This document shows, one piece after another, positions 19,508-26,355 of a stretch of DNA of 27,922 bases. Source of the stretch: Elusimicrobiota bacterium (lineage in GTDB: Bacteria > CG03 > SLGR01 > JBDRKX01); contig JBDRKX010000015.1 in the NCBI GenBank assembly GCA_043813605.1, forward strand, positions 1 to 27,922, written 5' to 3'. Under the pieces are notes generated by a model. It saw nothing but the letters and a program-made list of their open reading frames with translations. It did no database searches and was not told where the DNA came from. The stretch's first letter is position 1. Each line of letters opens with the position of its first letter. The position numbers and the translations under genes were made by a program.

Positions 19508-19738
19508 ACTCCATTTATTCATTATTTCCCCAAAAAAATACAGCGGAAGCTTCCAGGAAATTTCACTTTATGGGGGCTTATTACAAGGCCCTCCGAAGAG
19601 GCAATTGATGTTTTCTTGAAAGAGGTCAGGTTGCTGGGATACAAAGACCTGAAATTGTTATTTCCCGGCTGTAAGATAATAAAAGAAAAGTTTTTATTTT
19701 TCACCAGATCATGGATTGTCATTAAAAATTTTAGTTGA
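19508..19738 (+). pseudogene. 3' remnant of a class I SAM-dependent methyltransferase-like gene
   Basis: Startless open frame TPFIHYFPKKIQRKLPGNFTLWGLITRPSEEAIDVFLKEVRLLGYKDLKLLFPGCKIIKEKFLFFTRSWIVIKNFS* beginning exactly where the repeat ends; family call is from memory of similar C-termini. Confidence 0.55.
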
Positions 19739-19919
19739 GATAAGGCATAAAAGAATCGTAGGAGAATAATGCGGATCCGTCACCTGCTTATGCAAATTAT
19801 AAATATAATTGACAAATTGCATAAATATATCCGCTGGTATGGCGCCATGGGCTTAGGAGCAGGGGGAAACGGACCCGCCATTGCTTTAGATAAAACAGAG
19901 CCGGATAGAAACTGTTGAT

Positions 19920-21146
19920 TCAGTACAGTAATAAGTTTTTCCAACTGAAGTTTTGCATGTCCTGCTGGATTGTAAAATTAGTATCCGTATTAGATATAAT
20001 TCCGGTTGCTCCAATCCTGGAGCCCAACTCCTTTTTCAATCTTATTAGAGAAGATGCGTGTTTTGGCGTTATAGTCATGGAGCTTTTTATTTCAAAAATA
20101 TGTATTTTTCCGTCGCGTTCAATAACCAGGTCTATTTCCAGATTATCCCTTGTTTTCAGGTAGTACATGGCTGGTTTTTCACCAAAATTTAAGAAGCGTT
20201 TTAAAAAATCACAAATAATAACTGTTTCAAATAAATTTCCGAAACTCGGTCCCTGTGTTATGGTCTTTTTATCATGCAGGCCCAGTAAATAAGTGCACAG
20301 GGCAGGATCGTTAAAGTATATTTTCGGGCTTTTAACTATGCGTTTTCCTATATTTGTATAATAGGGATAAAGTAAAAATATTTGATAACCGGTTTCCAGC
20401 ATGGAAAGCCATTTCTTGGCTGTAGGCACACTTATACCTATGTCGCGCGCTATTTCAGATAGATTAAGAATCTGCCCGGTCCTGGTGGCGCATGAGATTA
20501 AAAATCTTTCAAACTGATTTAAGTCGCCTATGTTGGAAAGGTTTCTTATATCCCGCTCCAGATAAGTTGTAATATATGAGCTGCACCATAACTGCCTGTC
20601 AACTTTTTTGTTTAAAGAAATTTCCGGATAAAAACCTCTTAGCATAAATGCGTCCAATGTGCAGTTGTTTTTGATGTTCGCGCGGCGGTTAAACGCATTC
20701 AGCCAGCCGGAAATCCCGGCAGCGGCTGATGTATTGTCGGATAATTCGGAAAGTGAAAGGGGCAATAGAGAAAGGATTGCCGCTCTGCCCGCTAATGATT
20801 GAGATACATTTTGCATTAATCCGAAATTCTGCGAACCCGTGAGAAACCATTGCCCGGGTTTCCTGTTTCTATCTATTTTTGTTTTGATATATGATAATAA
20901 TTCGGGCGCATATTGTATCTCATCAATGACTATGGGTAATTTATACTGGTTTAAAAAGCCGAGCGGATCATCTTTGGCCCGGACTCTTATATCCGGATCT
21001 TCAAGTGTTATAAAAGTATGTGTCCCGGAAAAAAGTTTTTTAAATAGAGTTGTTTTCCCGGACTGGCGCGGGCCTGTCAATACCACGGCGGGGAAAGTTT
21101 TAACCGCTCGATATATTGCTTTTGATAGTATGCGTTCCCTAAACAT
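19920..21146 (-). CDS. AAA_14 / DUF4143 family ATP-binding protein (ATPase, wHTH, PD-(D/E)xK-like tail)
   Basis: Walker A GPRQSGKT, Walker B VIDEIQ, LTGSQ, SLAGR, YITTYLERDI, KSPKIYFND, EIDLVIE..FEIK. Confidence 0.9.
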   Translation of the reverse strand: MFRERILSKAIYRAVKTFPAVVLTGPRQSGKTTLFKKLFSGTHTFITLEDPDIRVRAKDDPLGFLNQYKLPIVIDEIQYAPELLSYIKTKIDRNRKPGQWFLTGSQNFGLMQNVSQSLAGRAAILSLLPLSLSELSDNTSAAAGISGWLNAFNRRANIKNNCTLDAFMLRGFYPEISLNKKVDRQLWCSSYITTYLERDIRNLSNIGDLNQFERFLISCATRTGQILNLSEIARDIGISVPTAKKWLSMLETGYQIFLLYPYYTNIGKRIVKSPKIYFNDPALCTYLLGLHDKKTITQGPSFGNLFETVIICDFLKRFLNFGEKPAMYYLKTRDNLEIDLVIERDGKIHIFEIKSSMTITPKHASSLIRLKKELGSRIGATGIISNTDTNFTIQQDMQNFSWKNLLLY

Positions 21147-21157
21147 TATTAACCCTT

Positions 21158-21223
21158 AATATTTAAGTTTAAACTTTAAATATTCAGCATAAAGACTATA
21201 CCCGATATTTTCCTGTTTGTCAA
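21158..21223 (-). promoter_or_regulatory. Promoter and palindromic operator-like site of the minus-strand ATPase
   Basis: Minus strand TTGACA (21223-18), N17, TATAGT (21200-195); near-perfect palindrome AATATTTAAGTTTAAACTTTAAATATT at 21158-21184. Confidence 0.65.
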
Positions 21224-21241
21224 TATTTTTTTATGATTTTA

Positions 21242-21361
21242 ATAAAAATCCATCCCTATTGACATATCGGGTTAAATTATATATTATTGTTCAAAATGTG
21301 AACAGTTCAAAAAATGAACAATGGATAAGATATCTGCAAAAGAACATAAGGTCATAGAAAG
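21242..21361 (+). repeat. Direct repeat copy 2 (intact promoter and regulator 5' end)
   Basis: 116/120 nt identical to 19388-19507. Confidence 0.95.
21259..21320 (+). promoter_or_regulatory. sigma70 promoter with tandem GTTCA-N5-TGAAC palindromes (copy 2)
   Basis: TTGACA 21259-64, N17, TATTAT 21282-87; palindromes at 21288-21304 and 21305-21319. Confidence 0.82.
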
Positions 21362-21866
21362 TATCCACCGCAATTCCAACGGTTCGCAAAGGGATATAGC
21401 GCATGATGTAGGCGTGTCTCTCGGACTGACCAATATCCTTATAAACCGCCTTATAAAGGAAGGATATATAAAGGTGAGCAGGCTGGATGCCAGGAAGGTC
21501 AAATATATAATAACTCCCAGTGGGCTGAAAGAAAAAGCGAGAAAATCCTACAGGTTCATGAAGAGGAGCCTTTCCGTGATAAACGAGCTTAAGGGCAGGA
21601 TAGTAGATTATATGCTTAAGAAATATGAGGAGGGCTGCAGGAAATTCGTGATAATAGGCAAAGGAGAGCTTTCGGATATAACGGAACTCGTGATAAACTC
21701 ATTAAGGCTCGAGGGCGTAGATATCAGCATAGAAGATGATTTTGTAGATGACCAGGATGGTATCGTATTCCTGAATACTGCCCGAAAGAACGGGCATACA
21801 TACAGGAATCAGATCGATATATGGAAAGAAGCTGAAAAACTATACGGACGCAGTTATGAAATATAG
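21321..21866 (+). CDS. Winged-helix (MarR-like, EPS-locus-associated) transcriptional regulator with C-terminal Rossmann-like domain
   Basis: SQRDIAHDVGVSLGLTNILINRL..GYIKV, KYIITPSG..EKAR; first gene of a polysaccharide locus. Confidence 0.85.
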   Translation: MDKISAKEHKVIESIHRNSNGSQRDIAHDVGVSLGLTNILINRLIKEGYIKVSRLDARKVKYIITPSGLKEKARKSYRFMKRSLSVINELKGRIVDYMLKKYEEGCRKFVIIGKGELSDITELVINSLRLEGVDISIEDDFVDDQDGIVFLNTARKNGHTYRNQIDIWKEAEKLYGRSYEI

Positions 21867-21878
21867 GGAGAATGTTTT

Positions 21879-22814
21879 ATGAGCAATAACAGGTATCTTG
21901 TTACAGGCGGCGCCGGCTTTATCGGTTCTAATATTGTAGACGAACTGTTGAAACAGGGTAAAGAAGTTGTCGTTGTAGATAATTTCATCACGGGATTCCG
22001 GGAAAACCTGGAACATGTAAAAGGGGATATCGAGCTGGTGGAAGGTGATATAAGGGATCCTGGATTAATGCAGGATATATGTAAAAGATGCGATTATGTC
22101 CTTCACCAGGCGGCTTTGCGTTCGGTACCGAGATCGGTAGACGATCCGGCTTCTACAAATGATGTGAATATTACAGGGACATTGAATCTTTTAATAGCTG
22201 CGCGGGATAACGGGGTAAAAAGGGTCGTATACGCTTCTTCGTCATCTGCGTACGGGGATACTCCTGCTCTTCCGAAAGTTGAAACACAGAGACCTCTTCC
22301 GATATCGCCCTATGCGGTATCAAAACTGACAGGTGAACATTACTGCAGGGCATTTTCGCGCACATTCGGTCTGGAAACAGTGAGTTTGAGGTATTTTAAC
22401 GTATTCGGCCCGAGACAGAGTCCTGAATCTAAATACGCTGCGGTTATCCCGATATTTATCAAACAGGCAACACAAGATAAACCTCTTACGATACATGGTG
22501 ACGGAGAACAGTCAAGAGATTTCACATATGTAAAAAATGTTGCAAATGCAAATATTTTAGCTGCAAAGGCAGAAAATGTTTCAGGTCAGTTATTTAATAT
22601 TGCATGTAATAACAGATATTCTGTACTGGATGTTGCCAATGAAATATTGAAAAACCTTGGAAAAGAGGTGCCGTTTGAACATCAACCTTCCAGAGCAGGA
22701 GATGTGCGCCATACGCAGGCCGACATCTCAAAGGCGCAGGGATTATTGGGTTATAAAGTAGAAGTAGATTTTAAGGAAGGGATGAAGAAGACAGTGGAAA
22801 GTTATAATGCTTGA
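21879..22814 (+). CDS. NAD-dependent nucleotide-sugar epimerase (SDR, WbpP-like)
   Basis: TGGAGFIGS, HQAA..SVPRS, ASSSSAYG, SPYAVSK, LRYFNVFGPRQ, RDFTYV. Confidence 0.92.
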   Translation: MSNNRYLVTGGAGFIGSNIVDELLKQGKEVVVVDNFITGFRENLEHVKGDIELVEGDIRDPGLMQDICKRCDYVLHQAALRSVPRSVDDPASTNDVNITGTLNLLIAARDNGVKRVVYASSSSAYGDTPALPKVETQRPLPISPYAVSKLTGEHYCRAFSRTFGLETVSLRYFNVFGPRQSPESKYAAVIPIFIKQATQDKPLTIHGDGEQSRDFTYVKNVANANILAAKAENVSGQLFNIACNNRYSVLDVANEILKNLGKEVPFEHQPSRAGDVRHTQADISKAQGLLGYKVEVDFKEGMKKTVESYNA

Positions 22815-23298
22815 TTTTACAAGAATATTAAAAGAGCTAAGTGAAAATAATGTGGAGTACATGGTGGTAGGCGGAATAGCCGTAAATTTGCACGGTATTC
22901 CCCGGATGACCTACGACCTTGACCTATTGGTTAATATGACTGATGAAAATCTGGATAGATTTATGAGAATAATAAAAAAATTAAAGTACACGGCAAAAGT
23001 TCCTGTGGATATAATGGATTTTGCTGTGAAAGAAAAAAGGAGAAAATGGATAGAAGAGAAAAACATGAAGGCATTCTGTTTGGTTAACAATAAAGCTACT
23101 GTAAAGGAAATAGACATTATCATAGATGCTCCGGTTAGCTATCAGAATGCAAAAAAGAATATGATTACTATGGAACTGCAGAATATATCTGTCCCGGTGA
23201 TCGGAATTGCCGATTTAATAAAAATGAAGGAAAAAACCGGAAGAAGACAGGATGATTCGGATATCAGATATCTTAAGAAAAAGATTAATGAAGAATAA
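22807..23298 (+). CDS. Predicted nucleotidyltransferase (pol-beta superfamily, AbiEii/DUF6036-like)
   Basis: YMVVGGIAVNLHGIPRMTYDLD (GG..R.T.D.D), DLIKMK..TGRRQD..DI. Confidence 0.82.
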   Translation: MLDFTRILKELSENNVEYMVVGGIAVNLHGIPRMTYDLDLLVNMTDENLDRFMRIIKKLKYTAKVPVDIMDFAVKEKRRKWIEEKNMKAFCLVNNKATVKEIDIIIDAPVSYQNAKKNMITMELQNISVPVIGIADLIKMKEKTGRRQDDSDIRYLKKKINEE

Positions 23299-23470
23299 AA
23301 GGAAAACAGGCGGTTTTGAATACTATCTTGAACCGGAAAAGATCAGTGAGTATTCTAAATGGCCTGCAGAAGAAAAATTAAGATGGCTTTCTGCATTCAA
23401 CGAGTTGAGAAAATATTACCCTAAAGAAATAATTGAAAGTCATGAAAAATTCAGAAGAGGAGAAATATGA
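23288..23470 (+). CDS. Small helical hypothetical protein, partner of the upstream nucleotidyltransferase (60 aa)
   Basis: ATG 23288 overlaps the NTase end and its stop overlaps the gmd start (ATGA); [10 protein letters not shown] motif. Confidence 0.65.
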   Translation: MKNKRKTGGFEYYLEPEKISEYSKWPAEEKLRWLSAFNELRKYYPKEIIESHEKFRRGEI

Positions 23471-24528
23471 AAAAAGCGTTAATAACCGGAATAACAGGCC
23501 AGGACGGTTCCTATCTGGCGGAATTACTGCTTGAAAAAGGATACGAGGTATATGGAATTATCCGGCGCGCTTCTACTTTTAATACTCAGCGTATACGCGG
23601 AATATATTCGGATCCGCATGAAAAAGGGAAGCATCTGCATCTGAATTACGGAGATCTGGTGGATGCCAGTAATTTAAGCAGACTTATAGAAAAAATCGAG
23701 CCGGATGAGATATATAACCTGGCAGCGCAGTCACATGTCGGGGTTTCATTTGATCTTCCTGAATATACCGGGGATGTGGACGCTATTGGAACACTCAGGC
23801 TGCTTGACGCTATAAGGGAATCCCGTGTTAATACAAAGATCTACCAGGCATCAACAAGTGAACTTTTTGGAAAAGTTCAGGAAATTCCACAGAATGAAAC
23901 AACGCCGTTTTATCCCAGAAGTCCTTATGGTGTTGCAAAGTTATATGCGTATTGGATAACAGTCAATTATCGTGAGGCGTATAATCTTTTTGCCTGTAAC
24001 GGCATATTGTACAATCATGAAAGTAGTCGCCGAGGAAAGAGATTTGTTACGCGGAAAATTACTACGGCCGTAGCAAAAATAAAAGCCGGGCTACAGGAAA
24101 AAGTATATCTGGGCAATCTTAATGCAAAACGTGACTGGGGATATGCCCCGGAATTCTGTGAGGCGATGTATTTGATGCTCCAGCATACTGAACCGGACGA
24201 TTTTGTAATAGCGACAGGGGAAATGCATACTATAAAAGAATTTGCTGAAAGAGCCTTTGGATATGCGGGATATGAAATTAGATGGGAGGATAAGGGAGTA
24301 GATGAAAAAGGAATAGATAAAAAATCCGGCAAAATTCTAATAGAAGTAGACGCTAAATATTTCAGGCCTACTGAAGTAGACTTACTTATAGGTGATCCAA
24401 CCAAAGCAAAAGAAAAACTTGGCTGGGAGCCGAAGGTCAAGTTTGAAGAATTAGTTGAAATTATGGTTAAAGCTGATATTGATAAACTGGAAAAAGAGGG
24501 TGAAACCGGATTGGATTATTTAGAATGA
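23467..24528 (+). CDS. gmd: GDP-mannose 4,6-dehydratase
   Basis: [65 protein letters not shown]. Confidence 0.97.
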   Translation: MKKALITGITGQDGSYLAELLLEKGYEVYGIIRRASTFNTQRIRGIYSDPHEKGKHLHLNYGDLVDASNLSRLIEKIEPDEIYNLAAQSHVGVSFDLPEYTGDVDAIGTLRLLDAIRESRVNTKIYQASTSELFGKVQEIPQNETTPFYPRSPYGVAKLYAYWITVNYREAYNLFACNGILYNHESSRRGKRFVTRKITTAVAKIKAGLQEKVYLGNLNAKRDWGYAPEFCEAMYLMLQHTEPDDFVIATGEMHTIKEFAERAFGYAGYEIRWEDKGVDEKGIDKKSGKILIEVDAKYFRPTEVDLLIGDPTKAKEKLGWEPKVKFEELVEIMVKADIDKLEKEGETGLDYLE

Positions 24529-24588
24529 GTCCCGTAAAAAACTATGCTGAAAAAGATATGATTGACAAGGGGTTTTTAATGGGGTGAG
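24526..24588. mobile_element. Second short palindromic (MITE/REP-like) insert at the gmd stop codon
   Basis: TGAG (24526-29), TCCCGTAAAAAAC ... GTTTTTAATGGGG, TGAG (24585-88); same end architecture as 14216-14302. Confidence 0.55.
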
Positions 24589-24698
24589 TTATTTAAGAGC
24601 GGCAATTTAAAATAAACTAGACTTTACAATAAATTAAATATAAAGTAAACAACAATTAACGGGATATTCCATTTTTACAGAATTGAGAGGAAAAAATT

Positions 24699-25928
24699 GT
24701 GTTAGATAAAATTTACAAAAGGGAAGTTATTGAAGAGATAAAGAAATATTTAGACAGTGAAGAAATCATTGTCCTGCATGGAGCAAGACAGGTTGGGAAA
24801 ACTTGTATTTTGTATTACCTGGAGAATTATTTAAAAAGAAATGGTAAAGTTACTCATTATATTGATTTAGAGGATTCCCGTTATGTGAAGATTTTAGATT
24901 CAGGAATAAAAGAGTTTGTAAATTATCTTCGAGAGGAAGGCGTAATAGGTGATTCCAAAAAGCTGCTTAAGAATAAGGTTTATGTTTTTATTGATGAAAT
25001 TCAATATTTAAAGAATCCCTCATCTTTTATGAAATTAATTACTGACCACAATAAGGACATTAAACTGATTGTTTCCGGCTCTTCCAGTTTTGATATTAAA
25101 AAAAAGTTTAAAGATTCCCTGGTAGGAAGAACAGTGGATTTTGAGATTTTCAACTTGTCTTTTAAAGAGTTATTATTATTCAAAGGTTATCATTATGATA
25201 AGGGGAAAATTTTTACCGAGAAAAAAATTAACGAATTAAAACAATTATTCAGCGAGTATGTTCTTTATGGCGGGTATCCTAAAATTGTTTTAACTAATGA
25301 AATTTATAAAAAGGAGAAATATCTACAACAAATAATAGATACCTATATTAAAAAAGATATCCGGGATTTAGCAGAGATAAAAGATATCGGCAAATTTAAT
25401 AAGCTTTTAGAGGCGCTATCTTTCCAAAGCGGAAATTTATTGAATGTTACAGAATTGTCCAATACTTGCAATATTGCCAAACAAACAGTAGAGAAGTATT
25501 TATTTCTTTTGGAAAACACATATATTTTGAAATTAATTCGCCCATATAGCAGGAATATCAGATCAGAGCTTTTCAAGATCGCCAAAATTTATTTCTACGA
25601 TACAGGTTTAATGCAAATGCTGTGGCTTAAAGGTTTGCAAAAAGAGATTGTCGGCAATGTTTTTGAAACATCGATTTTTTCCGAGCTGGTAAAAAACTAT
25701 GGCAAAGACAAAGTGTTTTATTGGAGAACAACCGATAAAAAAGAAATTGATTTTATCTTGAGAATAAAAAAAAGTATTTTACCTATCGAGGCTAAGTTGA
25801 ATTTTGGACAGGTTAATTTAACCGCTATAAAATATTTCAATAGATCCTATAATCAGGAAAACTACAAAATAATAGGTTTAAAAGGAATCAGGAAAAATAA
25901 ATATCATATTTATCCTTGGAGTTTATGA
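24699..25928 (+). CDS. AAA_14 / DUF4143 family ATP-binding protein
   Basis: GARQVGKT, FIDEIQ, SGSSS, SLVGR, GGYP, KIYFYDTG, EIDFI..PIEAK; visibly more AT-rich than the core genes. Confidence 0.9.
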   Translation: MLDKIYKREVIEEIKKYLDSEEIIVLHGARQVGKTCILYYLENYLKRNGKVTHYIDLEDSRYVKILDSGIKEFVNYLREEGVIGDSKKLLKNKVYVFIDEIQYLKNPSSFMKLITDHNKDIKLIVSGSSSFDIKKKFKDSLVGRTVDFEIFNLSFKELLLFKGYHYDKGKIFTEKKINELKQLFSEYVLYGGYPKIVLTNEIYKKEKYLQQIIDTYIKKDIRDLAEIKDIGKFNKLLEALSFQSGNLLNVTELSNTCNIAKQTVEKYLFLLENTYILKLIRPYSRNIRSELFKIAKIYFYDTGLMQMLWLKGLQKEIVGNVFETSIFSELVKNYGKDKVFYWRTTDKKEIDFILRIKKSILPIEAKLNFGQVNLTAIKYFNRSYNQENYKIIGLKGIRKNKYHIYPWSL

Positions 25929-25991
25929 AAACAGTTTCTGTAATTCTCCGTTTAATTATGGCAGAGCTGAAAAATACTTGTTTAAAATGGT

Positions 25992-26075
25992 GAAGAGTTA
26001 GTAGAAATAATGGTAAAAGCAGATATGGATAAATTGGAAAAAGAAGGCGAAACCGGATTGGATTATTTAGAATAA
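25992..26075 (+). pseudogene. Orphan 3' tail of a gmd allele (27 codons plus stop)
   Basis: [27 protein letters not shown] versus gmd [27 protein letters not shown]; 74/84 nt identical to 24445-24528. Confidence 0.92.
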
Positions 26076-26290
26076 TGGATATAAAAGAGCGGCCCAACCA
26101 TAAACTGTATATTAAGATACTTCGAAATATGACGCCGGAACAGAGGTTGAAGAAAGCGTTTGAATTGACCGAATTTTCAAAAAAGCTTTTTATTGAAGGA
26201 CTGCATAAGAGATTTCCGGACCTTAACGGTGAAAATTTCAATAAATTACTGATGAAGCGGTTGGATAAATGTCACAACAGGAATTACTGA
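26075..26290 (+). CDS. Small helical hypothetical protein (71 aa), putative partner of a nucleotidyltransferase
   Basis: LRNMTPEQRLKKAFEL...RFPDL pattern; TAATG overlap with the orphan gmd tail. Confidence 0.72.
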   Translation: MDIKERPNHKLYIKILRNMTPEQRLKKAFELTEFSKKLFIEGLHKRFPDLNGENFNKLLMKRLDKCHNRNY

Positions 26291-26349
26291 AAAAAGTTAT
26301 ACGAACTCTGGAAAATGAAGGGATCAGGTACATGATCACAGGTATATAG
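26269..26349 (+). pseudogene. Truncated 5' end of a nucleotidyltransferase-like gene
   Basis: MSQQELLKKVIRTLENEGIRYMITGI*; parallels the N-terminus of the 22807 protein (ILKELSENNVEYMVVGG) but stops before the catalytic DxD. Confidence 0.65.
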
Positions 26350-26355
26350 TTGATA

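Noticed and set aside
19522..19722. 66-aa minus-strand ORF in the track
   Set aside because: Shadow of the + strand methyltransferase-like remnant, which is more protein-like
22208..22220. TAACGGGGTAAAA matches the right end of the palindromic inserts
   Set aside because: Lies in the conserved epimerase coding sequence (DNGVKR) with no matching left end or duplication
25925..25993. 22-codon ORF coupled to the ATPase stop and ending at the orphan gmd tail
   Set aside because: Too short, with no motif; cannot be distinguished from chance, though it may be another gene stub
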